In this document: in pieces, positions 11,520-22,185 of the stretch
Numbering within the stretch: position 1 is the first letter of the stretch
Layout of the letters: the number at the start of each line of letters is the position of its first letter
Source of the DNA: an uncultured bacterium
Lineage (GTDB): Bacteria > Hydrothermota > UBA3072
NCBI GenBank assembly: GCA_964556365.1
Contig: CAZKVT010000004.1
Coordinates: forward strand, 13,842 to 77,841
DNA: 64,000 nt
Direction of reading: 5' to 3'
The notes under the pieces: model-generated
Databases searched by the model: none
What the model was told of the DNA's origin: nothing
Seen by the model: only the letters and a program-made list of their open reading frames with translations
Made by a program: the position numbers and the translations under genes

Positions 11520-13412
11520 ATGTCAAAAAATAAGACCCGATTCCAGAACAAAACAATAAAATGGTATAAATCCCTTATTACCTGTTGTGTCCTTTTATCT
11601 ATAATTTTTATTTCATTTTCATTAAAAGCGCGACCTTCCGGTGGTCCCTATGGCCCTATACGACAGACCTATAATTTGCCTGAAGTAACGGGTGCGATTT
11701 ATCATGTGGCACCCGACGGAAAAGCGTATAATAAAGGTGAAACTCTGGATGAGCCCACAACAATTGAGAAAGCAATAGAGAAGGTTGTAACAGGAGACGC
11801 GATTGTGATGCTTGGAGGTACTTATCGTACAGGGAATCTGGTGTTAAACCAGGGGATAACTATACAGGCTTATGCGGATGAAAAACCTGTTTTAAAAGGA
11901 ACCCATGTGGCAAAAGAGTGGCAGGATCTCAGGAATGGATTATGGAAAACTTCCTGGTCCCGTTTGTTTCCTGCCGAGCCTCTCGATTGGTGGTGGATTG
12001 ACTGGCATGGAAAAGAAACTCCCCTGCATCGCTTTAATAACGATATGGTGTTTATCGATGGAAAGTTTTTACAGTCGGTTGGTTGGAGAGGTGAGGTCGA
12101 CGAGAATTCCTATTTTATAGATTATGATAAAAGCGAAGTTTACATCGGAACAGACCCGAAAGACCGATTGGTAGAAATTACCGCTTTTAATACTGCTATT
12201 TTAAGAACGACCGGAAAATGTCATGGTAAAATTTCGGATAAGAAAGGCCCAATAATCCGAGGAATAACTTTTACCCAGTATGCCAGGAGAGCTATTTTTG
12301 TTGAAGGAACATTTCCTCGGGGTTTGTCCGATGAGTCCGAGCATGGGAAGGAAGTGATAGGTACGACTTTAGAACACTGCGAAATTTCTAACTGTTCACG
12401 GGTAGCAGCCAGGTTCAGAGGGGACAGTTTAACTCTCCGGCATTGCAAAATTAGCAACACCAGTACAGAAGGAATATACGTCGAGGCCTCGAATGATGTT
12501 CTTTTAGAAAAGAATATATTTACTAAGAACAATATCGAAAGACTTACAGGATATTTCCCCGCGGCGGTGAAAATTTTCAATCAGTCTTATCGTGTTACGT
12601 GTAGGGATAATCTAGTTATCGATCTTCCGTATTCAAACGGTATCTGGTACGATGTAGGTAATGTAGACGGAGTTTTTGTCGACAACTGGGTTCAGGATGT
12701 TGGCATTATGGAAGGGGGGGAGGCGGAAAAACCTTTCTGGATGGGTGAAAATGGATTTTTCTTCGAAATATCAAAAGGAGCTATCTGTGCGGGAAATGTT
12801 TTCGTCAATTGCGAACATGGCATTTACGTTCTAAATAGTTCAGGCGTTCAAATATACAATAATACGATTGTAAATAGTACTGTCATGATTGGAAGAACTC
12901 CAAGAAGCGCGGAAGGAGATCATTTTGGCTGGCATCCGAGTACAGGTCCGGACGTCGAAGAAAGGTACGGACATTTATTTGTAAACAATCTGATTGCGGT
13001 TGATGAAAATTACTACAAATCACTTTTTGTTACTTTCCAAACGCCGGATCTCTGTAAAAAGCTTAACAAACCGCAATTGGATAAACTCGATTATAACGTA
13101 TATGTGCGAACTCCGGGTAATAAATCTCATCCGTTGATCCTCTGGAGTCCGGCGAAAAATAAAGATTGTTATAAAGAAATAGAGGTGTTATCGGATTTAC
13201 ACAAACTGCATCCAGAATTTTCAGGCAATAGTAAAAATTTAGTAAATTATGATGGTCCATTATTTAAGAGCTGGAAACTTGGTAGTTTTGAGTTATTGAA
13301 TGAGTTTCCGAGTTCTAAAGTTGGGGCTAAATTGCCGGATGAAATAAGGGAGCTTCTTGGAATCTCTGAAGGAGATGTCCCATTTGTTGGAGCTTTCCCG
13401 CCGAATCCTTAA
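11520..13412 (+). CDS. Secreted or membrane-anchored right-handed parallel beta-helix repeat protein (polysaccharide lyase / glycosidase-like)
   Basis: N-terminal signal-anchor (LITCCVLLSIIFISF); repeated NxxxxN/CxISN beta-helix coils (HCEISNCS, RHCKISNTS, IYNNTIVNS); 630 aa. Confidence 0.55.
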   Translation: MSKNKTRFQNKTIKWYKSLITCCVLLSIIFISFSLKARPSGGPYGPIRQTYNLPEVTGAIYHVAPDGKAYNKGETLDEPTTIEKAIEKVVTGDAIVMLGGTYRTGNLVLNQGITIQAYADEKPVLKGTHVAKEWQDLRNGLWKTSWSRLFPAEPLDWWWIDWHGKETPLHRFNNDMVFIDGKFLQSVGWRGEVDENSYFIDYDKSEVYIGTDPKDRLVEITAFNTAILRTTGKCHGKISDKKGPIIRGITFTQYARRAIFVEGTFPRGLSDESEHGKEVIGTTLEHCEISNCSRVAARFRGDSLTLRHCKISNTSTEGIYVEASNDVLLEKNIFTKNNIERLTGYFPAAVKIFNQSYRVTCRDNLVIDLPYSNGIWYDVGNVDGVFVDNWVQDVGIMEGGEAEKPFWMGENGFFFEISKGAICAGNVFVNCEHGIYVLNSSGVQIYNNTIVNSTVMIGRTPRSAEGDHFGWHPSTGPDVEERYGHLFVNNLIAVDENYYKSLFVTFQTPDLCKKLNKPQLDKLDYNVYVRTPGNKSHPLILWSPAKNKDCYKEIEVLSDLHKLHPEFSGNSKNLVNYDGPLFKSWKLGSFELLNEFPSSKVGAKLPDEIRELLGISEGDVPFVGAFPPNP

Positions 13413-13427
13413 AATTCCAAGTACTGC

Positions 13428-13901
13428 TTATCGACATAAAAAATAAAATAGAGTGGAGCTTATAAGTATTAAAGGAATTTTCATTAGCCATCCTGTTGTA
13501 AACTGTTTTTTGACATGAAATTTCATTGAATCCGGTGTTAACTTCTTATTTAGTTTCAAAAAGCCGGGTCTCCATTTTGTTAAAACTAAGATATCGATTA
13601 TGAAAGCGTCATAAAAATCTAAAAGTAGTAATAATAGCAGATTAATTAATAGAACCCAAATATATTTTATCTGTTCTGTATTCCTGAATACAAAATAATC
13701 AAAGACCAGAAAAAATAACAGTACAAGTATCAGCATAATTAAAAAAGATAAAAAACCCTTAAAAGACATTTTCTTTTTTAATGTCCCGTCTTTCTTTCTG
13801 CTTTTATACACTAAACCTGATCGAAAAACACCTATAGTAATTATATTTAATAAGCAGGCTCCGATTAAAAACCAGATTATTATATTTAGAGTAATATTCA
13901 C
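13428..13901 (-). CDS. Hypothetical integral membrane protein, 157 aa
   Basis: Several hydrophobic helices; GTG start with a weak SD; convergent with the upstream gene. Confidence 0.4.
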   Translation of the reverse strand: MNITLNIIIWFLIGACLLNIITIGVFRSGLVYKSRKKDGTLKKKMSFKGFLSFLIMLILVLLFFLVFDYFVFRNTEQIKYIWVLLINLLLLLLLDFYDAFIIDILVLTKWRPGFLKLNKKLTPDSMKFHVKKQFTTGWLMKIPLILISSTLFYFLCR

Positions 13902-13923
13902 TTTGCTTTACCTGTATTTAAAT

Positions 13924-14607
13924 TTATCTTCTTAATTTTTTTAGTTTTTCCTTATCCTTCTTTTTTAGCTTCTCGGTTGCGGGAGAAAATGCTATAGATG
14001 ATATTTTCTTAATATTTTTTCCAAGATATTTTAATGTTTCTTTTGGATATACCTGGTATAATTCCTTTAAAGACCATCCAACGCCTTTTTGAACGTAGTA
14101 TTCCTTATCATTTAATAATATATCTATAAACTTTATTATTGTATCATAAGGGAGCACTACCTTTTTAGTTCTGCTGAAATATAGAAGGCTTACGACTGAT
14201 TGTCTCCTGTCCCAGAGATTAGTCGATTTATTCCATTTTTCAAGCTGTGGTAATACCTCATCCGGAATCGATTCCAGTGTTTTTGTGTAGATTTTTGCCA
14301 ACGCGTCGCAGGAGCCCCAGTTACCCACTGCCTTTTGCCAGTGTTTTATCGTTTTCCAGGAATCAAGCAAAAATTCTTTATTTTTCATTTTTGATTCCAA
14401 ATAAAAGAATGGTTGTATGCCGGTCCATGCGTCAGGTGAATTTTTCCAGATATAATCCCAGATTTTCAGTTGTTCGCTTGAAGGCAGTTTCGAAAAAGAA
14501 TATCCCTGTTTGAAAAGCATCCTATGCGCAGGAGCAGTTTTCGGCGTTTTCTTTACTCTTTTTTCAACCTCTGTTAAACATCTTTTCAAATAACTTTCTT
14601 TTATCAT
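13924..14607 (-). CDS. DNA alkylation repair protein (AlkD/AlkC HEAT-repeat family)
   Basis: 227 aa. Motifs WDRRQSVVSLL and KGVGWSLKE resemble the DNA_alkylation (AlkD) family. Lys-rich C-terminal tail. Confidence 0.5.
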   Translation of the reverse strand: MIKESYLKRCLTEVEKRVKKTPKTAPAHRMLFKQGYSFSKLPSSEQLKIWDYIWKNSPDAWTGIQPFFYLESKMKNKEFLLDSWKTIKHWQKAVGNWGSCDALAKIYTKTLESIPDEVLPQLEKWNKSTNLWDRRQSVVSLLYFSRTKKVVLPYDTIIKFIDILLNDKEYYVQKGVGWSLKELYQVYPKETLKYLGKNIKKISSIAFSPATEKLKKKDKEKLKKLRR

Positions 14608-14613
14608 AAAAAA

Positions 14614-15309
14614 CTACCAGATACCGGGGATAAGGCGGTAGCGGGTTTTGTGCATGTATTCCTTATATCCATCCAGGTCTCTCACAAGTACTTTTTCCTC
14701 ATTTAAGATTCTTGCCACGATAGTGGGTATTATCAATATCATAGGGATTATTGCCCAATAGGATCCCAGTGCCAGTGGTGATAAGATATACATTATTAAG
14801 ACCACCGTATACATGGGATGGCGAACCTTTGCGTATGGTCCGCTTGTTATGACTGTCTGCCCCGGTTCGACTTCCACAATGCGGGAAGCATAGGAGTTTT
14901 CTTTGAGTACCAGAAAAAATGTGCCATAGCTGAGTAATACTAAAATGTCTGAAATTAGCACCACTACCGCTGGCACGCTCGACCACTCAAAGCGTTTGTC
15001 TAGACCCGGGAGTAGGAAGGCGATAAAGAATGGGATATACGAGAGTGTGATAATAAGTTTTTGCTCCGTTTCTTTTTCTTTCATCTTCATCCTGCGGGCA
15101 AGTAGACCCGGATCATTTTTGATTAAATAGATAAAAACAAAAAACATGGGAATAAAGAGAGTGGACATATACGCCCAGGCTTCAGGGTACGCAAAAGTCC
15201 CAGCCGGAAGAAAAAACATGGATGCTAACACAGTAATGCCTATAAGCAGGCGTACAGATACAACTTTTATTAATTCGCCTTTTGAATATTGTTCATTCGC
15301 GTTTTCCAT
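14614..15309 (-). CDS. Isoprenylcysteine carboxyl methyltransferase (ICMT/PEMT) family membrane protein
   Basis: Multi-TM protein with the C-terminal SGPYAKVRHPMYTVVL ... EEKVLVRDLDGYKEYMHKTRYRLIPGIW signature of the ICMT family. Confidence 0.7.
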   Translation of the reverse strand: MENANEQYSKGELIKVVSVRLLIGITVLASMFFLPAGTFAYPEAWAYMSTLFIPMFFVFIYLIKNDPGLLARRMKMKEKETEQKLIITLSYIPFFIAFLLPGLDKRFEWSSVPAVVVLISDILVLLSYGTFFLVLKENSYASRIVEVEPGQTVITSGPYAKVRHPMYTVVLIMYILSPLALGSYWAIIPMILIIPTIVARILNEEKVLVRDLDGYKEYMHKTRYRLIPGIW

Positions 15310-15520
15310 AATTTAGATTTTAGATGCTTTCGGGGTTTTTGTCAAGGAAGATATTCTCGCACTGAGATATAAAAAACTCCGTGCTTATTTGTGGTTAAGA
15401 TTTTAGAAAATTAGGAAGGAAAAGTAACAAAAAATCTTGTGAAAATCTGTGGTTTCTAATGCAAAAATTTGTTTTTCTTATAAATTTCCATCAGTTCATT
15501 CAAATTTTCATCCGGATTGT

Positions 15521-16345
15521 TCATGAGGAGCGCATTTCATCCAACACTTTTAAACGCTGTGGGTCTAACGAATCGATGTTTTCAGTGAGATATTGAGTTT
15601 TCGGGTATTCCCAGTAAAGTACTTCATATCCCATTACGGATAACAAATCCTCATAGATTGTTCCGAGAATCATGATTTCACCCCAGGTATCGGGTACGCC
15701 GTATTTATTCGGGTCTTTTACTTTTCCATCTCTGAGTTTAATCCAGGCTTCGTTTCCTGTTTCGAATTCTTCTTTATGGAAATCTACCATTTTCCTGTCA
15801 GGATCCACATACATCCACCGTTTTTCTTTTTCATTCCACACTTCGCAAATTACATGCCCGATATGTAAATCTGTTCCCGGCGCAAGATAGGAAGCAAAAC
15901 CATAGCGGAGTCTTACGGGAATATCTCTGCTTTTTAGTATGGAGGCAAGGAGAATGGAGTGGTAACGGCAGGTAACCACTAAACGATTTTCCGGTTTTCT
16001 TTCAAAGTTGAGTCCTGTGGAGTCTAATGATAGTAAACCCGCAAGTAATTTTTCGGCTGACGGAAATTTCCGATCTTCGTAATGCCTGTTTTCAGGTATA
16101 AGTTTTTTATAAGGTTCTAAATCGATAGGGTGGATGAATTGATATTTGATAAGTTCGCATAAAGCTTGCAGGGAATCGGGAAGATTTTCGAAAAGGCAGT
16201 CATATTTTCCGGGGTTGGTGTATTTACTGTAATTTTTGTAAAAATCGAGTGTATTTTCCACTTTTTCGAGTTTGATATTTTTTGGATTATCCGGAACACA
16301 GGAAATTAAAATTAATGCCAATATAAATAAGAATCCTTTAAACAT
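15521..16345 (-). CDS. Transglutaminase-like superfamily lipoprotein
   Basis: Lipoprotein signal MFKGFLFILALILISC; a Cys...His...Asp core (CRYHSILLASIL ... HIGHVICEVW ... YVDPD). The ATG at 16345 has an AAGGAG RBS; the track start at 16390 lacks one. Confidence 0.5.
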   Translation of the reverse strand: MFKGFLFILALILISCVPDNPKNIKLEKVENTLDFYKNYSKYTNPGKYDCLFENLPDSLQALCELIKYQFIHPIDLEPYKKLIPENRHYEDRKFPSAEKLLAGLLSLDSTGLNFERKPENRLVVTCRYHSILLASILKSRDIPVRLRYGFASYLAPGTDLHIGHVICEVWNEKEKRWMYVDPDRKMVDFHKEEFETGNEAWIKLRDGKVKDPNKYGVPDTWGEIMILGTIYEDLLSVMGYEVLYWEYPKTQYLTENIDSLDPQRLKVLDEMRSS

Positions 16346-16358
16346 TTTAAAACTCCTT

Positions 16359-16595
16359 TTAATTTGAAAAAGTTTCGGATGGTTTTTCATTTAAGATTTC
16401 CAGAGCTTCAAACATATTTTCTTTTTTTACCTGAAGTCTTACCTGAGATGTTCCTATTAAGTGATGATACCCCGATTTTGCGAGCATTTCGTCGGGAAGA
16501 AAACATTCTATACCTTCCGACTCAATTCTTGACGCGACTAAATACGCGTCCATGAGCCGGTTAAATCTTGCGATCGTTATAAATTCATTTTCCAT
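16359..16595 (-). CDS. DUF2007-like small protein (putative signal-transducing protein)
   Basis: 78 aa; the pattern ITIARFNRLMDAYLVASRIESEGIECFLPDE matches the DUF2007 fold. Confidence 0.45.
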   Translation of the reverse strand: MENEFITIARFNRLMDAYLVASRIESEGIECFLPDEMLAKSGYHHLIGTSQVRLQVKKENMFEALEILNEKPSETFSN

Positions 16596-16774
16596 AATTA
16601 ATTCCTTTGAAGTTAATATACGAAAACGCCGATTTTATTCAAGATTCGTGTTATTTGTGCAATTTGTTGTTAAACATACTTTGTGTCTTTGTGCCTTTGT
16701 GTGAGATTAATCTGGGGTTATGGGTTGGATTTTAAACAACATTATCCCTTTCCCTTTGTGGGCTCCGTGTGAGA

Positions 16775-17668
16775 TTATTCTTCCGTCCCCAATATCCCTT
16801 CAACTGGTTCCCCGGTATCGTGCCAGACGTTTCCGTAAGCCGTGATTTCGGTTGTATCGACGTCATTAGACCAGATGCCATAGTGATAATTTCTCCCGAA
16901 ATGGTTATTGATAATAGTCAACCCTTCGAAAGTGCGACCCGCGTTTATTCTTGTATACAGAGTATAACCGCCGCCGAGTAGGAGATTATCTTCGATTGTA
17001 ATATTTCTTAGGTTTCCCCAATTAGATTGAAAAAGAATACATGATGTTTGATCACTTGGGACATAGATACTATTGTGTTGTATTAGAGCTTCACGTATTT
17101 GTCCCAGAAATTCCATTCCGTCGCCTTTATGGTCATCGATGGTTTCGACATTATCGTCTCCGTCTGTTTCTCTTATATTCGAAATATAGCAATCTTGGAC
17201 TGTGAGTTTACAATTTAGAGCAGTATCATCTCCGCCGCCTCCGAAAATCCCGTCTCCGACATGATGTATATGACATCTCCTTATTGTTATTTCGGTATTT
17301 TCTTCTGTATTTATTAGGATACCTTTCGAACTGTTTGTATAATTTTTACCTATGTCGCAATCTTCAATAACATTCCCCGAATAACCGGACATAACTACGA
17401 CACCGTAATACCTTCCACCCCATATTCTACAATTCTTGATAGTTACGTTATTAGCCTGAATAGTTAATTGTCCTATGACATTGAGGTTTTCAACTGTGGC
17501 TCCGGATGCCGTAATAATTGTATCGCTGACAGTAGTTAGATTGTAGGGATCAGTTAGACCTGTATTATCAGTGTGAGGCCAATCGCCGTAATCGATATAT
17601 ATGGAATCATTTTCACACGAAAGTATAAACAATAAGGTAATTAAAGAGATAACATAATATTTTTTCAT
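16775..17668 (-). CDS. Beta-helix repeat lipoprotein
   Basis: Signal peptide with a lipobox (LFILSC); repeated NxTIxNCxI coils (VTIKNCRIWGG, IEDCDIGKN, IRRCHIHHV, VQDCYISN). Confidence 0.5.
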   Translation of the reverse strand: MKKYYVISLITLLFILSCENDSIYIDYGDWPHTDNTGLTDPYNLTTVSDTIITASGATVENLNVIGQLTIQANNVTIKNCRIWGGRYYGVVVMSGYSGNVIEDCDIGKNYTNSSKGILINTEENTEITIRRCHIHHVGDGIFGGGGDDTALNCKLTVQDCYISNIRETDGDDNVETIDDHKGDGMEFLGQIREALIQHNSIYVPSDQTSCILFQSNWGNLRNITIEDNLLLGGGYTLYTRINAGRTFEGLTIINNHFGRNYHYGIWSNDVDTTEITAYGNVWHDTGEPVEGILGTEE

Positions 17669-17833
17669 GTTATTATATTAACAAAATACTTCAACTTGTA
17701 AAGACGGAAATCTTTAGCGACTCATAAAACTATATATTAAAGTTAACGTTTACGGACACCGCCTTTTTTTCTACTGTTTACCTCATAGCGCTAAAAGTGA
17801 GGCAGAACTATTTGGAGAGAGTAATCTATTATC

Positions 17834-18715
17834 TTATTGAACTGAAACCTTTATTGTGTAGCTTCCGGGTTCGCGGGATTCTCCCACGCTATTAACAGAA
17901 AATCTATAGGATTCAGTGGCATCTCTTTCCGATTTACTGCTTATTGTTTCTTCTTCGCCTTTTACTCCATTGTTATATTCCGAATCATTTTCCCATTCCC
18001 AGAGTCTAACGTCAAAATTACTGTTCGGTATAACATTTACAGTTGCTGTTTGCCCGGGTTCCAGATTTAAAGTATAATTATCATTTTGATCGCCATAACC
18101 AAGATGACAATCAGAATATGTTCCCGGCTCTAACTTTACAACATTCTCATCCCCGGCTCCTGCATCGCCCCCGGAGTTGCCGTCATTTTGAGGAGTCATC
18201 ATAACTTCAAAAGTATATTTCCCTGCTCCGCTTATACTACCAATCATTATATTTATACGGGTTATATCGCTTCTGTCGATATCTGCTCCAACGCAAAGAT
18301 TTTCTTCTTCTCCTTTTATGCCATCATTTGCGGTGAACTCTGCGCACATCACTGCAATATCAACTTCTTTGCTTGGTGTTACGTTTATAGACGCTACATC
18401 CCCTGAGTTGTAGCTAACAGTATATGCATCGCCATCGTCATTTCCATCTACTTCACCATTATATTTGGTTCCCGGTGAGATTCTGTATGGACTTGCCAAA
18501 TCTGCCGGAACATCATTTCCGCTTCCCGCGTCATTTTGCGTTCCTTCTTTCGATTCTGTTGGTGTTGTTGGTGGGGTAGTATCCGAGATTTGTTCTTCTT
18601 TGCTTGTTTCTTGTTGAGAATTTCCGTCGCCGCCACATCCGTTTAAAAACGCAAAAACGGTTATGATACAGAGAAGTATCATCGTGACACAATTTTTGGT
18701 GTTGATTTTTAACAT
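17834..18715 (-). CDS. Secreted lipoprotein with two pre-peptidase C-terminal (PPC)-like beta-sandwich domains
   Basis: Lipobox (FLNGC); a low-complexity T/P/S/E linker; two repeats of the DxYTxxLxPGQTATVNV type. Confidence 0.45.
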   Translation of the reverse strand: MLKINTKNCVTMILLCIITVFAFLNGCGGDGNSQQETSKEEQISDTTPPTTPTESKEGTQNDAGSGNDVPADLASPYRISPGTKYNGEVDGNDDGDAYTVSYNSGDVASINVTPSKEVDIAVMCAEFTANDGIKGEEENLCVGADIDRSDITRINIMIGSISGAGKYTFEVMMTPQNDGNSGGDAGAGDENVVKLEPGTYSDCHLGYGDQNDNYTLNLEPGQTATVNVIPNSNFDVRLWEWENDSEYNNGVKGEEETISSKSERDATESYRFSVNSVGESREPGSYTIKVSVQ

Positions 18716-18984
18716 GATATAACACCTCCTTTTTTTGTTAACTTTTAAATATTATACTGGTTTTTTTTGATTTTTCAAGGGTTTTTTTTAAAATAACCTT
18801 AACGTTCTAGTCGCCTAACTTCTTGACGATTTATATTCTACATGTAAAACATTAGTTAGAGGGTTGTTAGGGGGTTAGGAAGAAAAAACAATAAAAAGTT
18901 TTTTTCTTTGTGTTGCTGTCCTTCAATTATTTTTTTATTCTAGACTTTAGACGTTGAACTAAAATTATCTGTATTAATTCGTGG

Positions 18985-21249
18985 CTAATTCTCTTTTCTT
19001 AGTTCTTTCGCCGCTTGCACCATATTTTGAAGTGATGAGATAGCCTCTTCCCAGTTTCTGGTTTTTAGACCGCAGTCGGGGTTTACCCAGAGATTTTCGA
19101 GAGGAATTACCTCAATAGCTTTTTCAATTAGGTTTTTTATTTCTTCCTTGGACGGTATACGGGGACTGTGGATGTCGTATACGCCGGGGCCTATTTCGTT
19201 AGGATAATGGAACTCCTTAAAGGCTTTTAGTAATTCCATCTTCGAACGGCTTGCTTCGATGCTTATAACATCGGCATCCATTTTGGCTATCCATTCGATA
19301 ATATCATTGAATTCACTGTAACACATGTGAGTGTGTATTTGTGTTTCGTCCTTAACCCCGGAGACCGAAAGACGAAAACAATCGATCGCCCACTGCAAGT
19401 AGTTCTCCCAGTCTTTTTTTCGTAAAGGCAATCCTTCTCTTATCGCTGGTTCGTCTACCTGTATTACTCCTATGCCGGCTTCCTCGAGGTCTTTTACTTC
19501 TTCTCTTAGAGCGAGTGCTATCTGTTTACAGGTTGTACTTCTGGGCTGGTCATCACGGACGAAACTCCAGCAGAGAATTGTAACGGGACCGGTTAACATG
19601 CCTTTCATCGGTTTATCGGTGAGGGATTGAGCGTAAGTGATCCAATCGACTGTCATGGGTTCCGGACGAATAACATCTCCGTAAAGGATTGGAGGTTTTA
19701 CGCACCTGGTTCCGTAACTCTGCACCCATCCGTTCTTTGAAAAACAGTAACCTTTAAGCTGTTCTCCGAAATATTCTACCATGTCGTTTCTTTCCGGTTC
19801 GCCGTGGACAAAAACGTCCAATTCGAGTTCTTCCTGTTTGTCTACTACTTCTTTTATAAAGCCTTTCATGCTGTTCTTGTAATTTTCTTCGGATATTTCA
19901 CTTTTTTTGAATTTAGAGCGTACTTGTCGAATTTCTTTCGTTTGAGGGAAAGAACCGATAGTTGTTGTGGGGAGTAACGGTAAATTTAAATTTTCATTCT
20001 GCTTTTTTATACGAGAAGCAAATGGTGTTTTTCGGTTAAGCATTTCTTTTGAAATATTTTTTAATTTTTCCTGAACAGTTTTATTTGTAGCTAAAGGACT
20101 TTCTTTTCTCGACTGTAGAGCTTCTTTATTTCGTTTTAATTCATTAGAGACATCCTTACCGATAGCAGCGTCGCGGATTATTTCTAATTCCCTGCATTTT
20201 TGTTTTGCGAAAGCCATCCAATTTTTTATTTCATCAGGCAGAGCGGTTTCTTCATCTAAGTCGACAGGTACATGCAGAAGAGAACATGAAGGAGCAACCA
20301 TTATCCTTTCTTCTCCTATGGCTTTAGAGGCTTTTCTTACCATGCTTACTGCTTTATCGAAATTTGTTTTCCAGATATTTCTTCCGTTTACAACTCCGAG
20401 TGAAAGTGTTTTATCAGGACCGATATTTTCTAATACCGAGTCTAACTGTTCCGGGGCTCTGACTAAATCGAGATGTAAACCTGATACAGGTAGGGTTAGA
20501 GTAAGGTCTTCGTTCGAACCAAGTGAACCGAAATAAGTCGCGAGTAATATTTTCATTTGCCCCGCCGCTTTTGTTAGTCTTTCATAAGTTTCTTTGAAAT
20601 ATTCTTTAACTTCTGCATCCAGGTCAAGAACGAGAATTGGTTCGTCCAGCTGTATCCATTCGCAAGGGCTGGAAAGGCGGGATAAGATTTCTTCGTAAAC
20701 TTTTAAGATCGAATCTAAATGTTCGAAACGGTTAAATCCTTCTTCGGTTTCTTTCCCGAGAAAAATGTAAGTGAGAGGTCCGGGTAAAACGGGTTTTGCC
20801 TGGTAGTCCTCGTCGATTGCTTCTTTTACTTCTTCAAAAATCTTTTCGCTTGAAAGTTTAAAAGTTTGATTGGGTTCAAATTCGGGAACTATATAGTGGT
20901 AGTTTGTATCGAACCATTTTGTCATTTCCATTGCGGCAGCATCGCCTTTTCCTCTTGCCATATCGAAATAGGTTTTAACATTTATTTTTCCGCCTTTAAA
21001 ACCAAAACGTCCCGGCACGGCTCCCAGGGCTTTTGTCATATCCAGCATCTGGTCGTAAAGCGAAAAATCGCCTACCGGAACAAGATCGATTCCGTTTTCT
21101 TTTTGCAGTTCCCAGTGCCGTTTTCTTAAATCTTTTGCCGCAAGAAAAAGTTTTTCTTTTGAAAGTTCGCCTTTCCAGTAACTTTCGATTGTCTTTTTTA
21201 ATTCTCTTTTAACCCCTATTCGCGGGAATCCTAAACTGTGAGTAATCAT
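18985..21249 (-). CDS. metE: 5-methyltetrahydropteroyltriglutamate-homocysteine S-methyltransferase (cobalamin-independent methionine synthase)
   Basis: 754 aa; THSLGFPRIG N-terminus; two UroD-like halves; C-terminal zinc ligands (IQIDEPA, HMCYS). ATG at 21249 follows an AAAAGGAG RBS; the track start at 21303 would overlap the predicted promoter. Confidence 0.9.
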   Translation of the reverse strand: MITHSLGFPRIGVKRELKKTIESYWKGELSKEKLFLAAKDLRKRHWELQKENGIDLVPVGDFSLYDQMLDMTKALGAVPGRFGFKGGKINVKTYFDMARGKGDAAAMEMTKWFDTNYHYIVPEFEPNQTFKLSSEKIFEEVKEAIDEDYQAKPVLPGPLTYIFLGKETEEGFNRFEHLDSILKVYEEILSRLSSPCEWIQLDEPILVLDLDAEVKEYFKETYERLTKAAGQMKILLATYFGSLGSNEDLTLTLPVSGLHLDLVRAPEQLDSVLENIGPDKTLSLGVVNGRNIWKTNFDKAVSMVRKASKAIGEERIMVAPSCSLLHVPVDLDEETALPDEIKNWMAFAKQKCRELEIIRDAAIGKDVSNELKRNKEALQSRKESPLATNKTVQEKLKNISKEMLNRKTPFASRIKKQNENLNLPLLPTTTIGSFPQTKEIRQVRSKFKKSEISEENYKNSMKGFIKEVVDKQEELELDVFVHGEPERNDMVEYFGEQLKGYCFSKNGWVQSYGTRCVKPPILYGDVIRPEPMTVDWITYAQSLTDKPMKGMLTGPVTILCWSFVRDDQPRSTTCKQIALALREEVKDLEEAGIGVIQVDEPAIREGLPLRKKDWENYLQWAIDCFRLSVSGVKDETQIHTHMCYSEFNDIIEWIAKMDADVISIEASRSKMELLKAFKEFHYPNEIGPGVYDIHSPRIPSKEEIKNLIEKAIEVIPLENLWVNPDCGLKTRNWEEAISSLQNMVQAAKELRKEN

Positions 21250-21275
21250 TTGTTTTGAGCTCCTTTTTACTCGGG

Positions 21276-21303
21276 ATAATAAAGGGTATAAGATAAAAGT
21301 CAA
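21276..21303 (-). promoter_or_regulatory. Putative sigma70 promoter of metE (TTGACT-16-TATTAT on the minus strand)
   Basis: Read by eye on the reverse complement: -35 at 21298-21303, -10 at 21276-21281. This leaves a ~20-nt leader, too short for a riboswitch. Confidence 0.35.
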
Positions 21304-21423
21304 GGCTATGTTTGCCCTGAGTATTAATTCGGGGGTAACCCTTACTAAATAAATATATATTTATTGTTTTGTGCAAAGCCAGATAGTACGAACGGGCGGA
21401 TAGAATAAAAGTCTAAGAAATTT

Positions 21424-22185
21424 TTATTCTGAGTTTTTAATTATGTTTTCTTCCCATTCGATTGGGGGGAGGTTTTCAGGTATAAATTCACTTCTTAGTT
21501 CAATATCTACTATTGAAGCAGAATCAGGCGCAACCCTTACATTCTTTGCAATTCTTGATCTATAGTGCCCAGACATGCCAAATACTTTAAGAGTATATTT
21601 TCCGGGAAGTATATTTATTAACTGGTATTCTCCTAGAGTATCTGTATAAGCTACCCAGAATGTATTTTCTATAGCAATCATCGACTGTAACAGGGAAGAA
21701 GTTTCACTTTTTTCAACATGGCCTTTGATTTTACCCTTTAAATTGATATCGACTTTACCGGTTTTTATGCCTTTCCATATCTCTTTTACGGAAATTGTGG
21801 AGCCTCTCGACTCATTTAACCATATAAAGACAATTGAAATAGAATCCCTTGCAACAAAAACGCCTTCCAACACACCATCAGTGAATTCCGGGGCTGTAGC
21901 AATTAATGTGTATTCTCCCGGGGGTACTTCCGCAATATAAAAAATCCCTGAAGAATCTACTTTGGTTGATAATCCTGTTCCTTCCACTCTAACTTTTACA
22001 TTGTCTAAAGGTTTTTTTCTACTGTTCAGTGTTACTTTCCCATATATTCCTCCTGTATTATGAGAAGATGAAGAAAAGATATGTGCGCATGAACATATCA
22101 AGACAATTGTCAGTAGAGTAAGGCGATGAAATCCGCTTTTTGATCTTTTATATAATGATTTAAAGTAATTATTAAATATATACAT
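21424..22185 (-). CDS. Secreted protein with two carboxypeptidase-regulatory-like (CarbopepD_reg) beta-sandwich domains
   Basis: Signal-anchor; two repeats of the GxVxxxxxxPLxxVKVxV...GxYxL type (GKVTLNSRKKPLDNVKVRVEG ... PGEYTL, and PGKYTLKVF). Confidence 0.45.
   Translation of the reverse strand: MYIFNNYFKSLYKRSKSGFHRLTLLTIVLICSCAHIFSSSSHNTGGIYGKVTLNSRKKPLDNVKVRVEGTGLSTKVDSSGIFYIAEVPPGEYTLIATAPEFTDGVLEGVFVARDSISIVFIWLNESRGSTISVKEIWKGIKTGKVDINLKGKIKGHVEKSETSSLLQSMIAIENTFWVAYTDTLGEYQLINILPGKYTLKVFGMSGHYRSRIAKNVRVAPDSASIVDIELRSEFIPENLPPIEWEENIIKNSE

Noticed and set aside
21250-21423. Riboswitch (SAM or cobalamin) upstream of metE
   Set aside because: No S-box or B12-box conserved segments are visible. 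The predicted promoter leaves only a ~20-nt leader. A covariance-model scan would be needed to exclude one formally.
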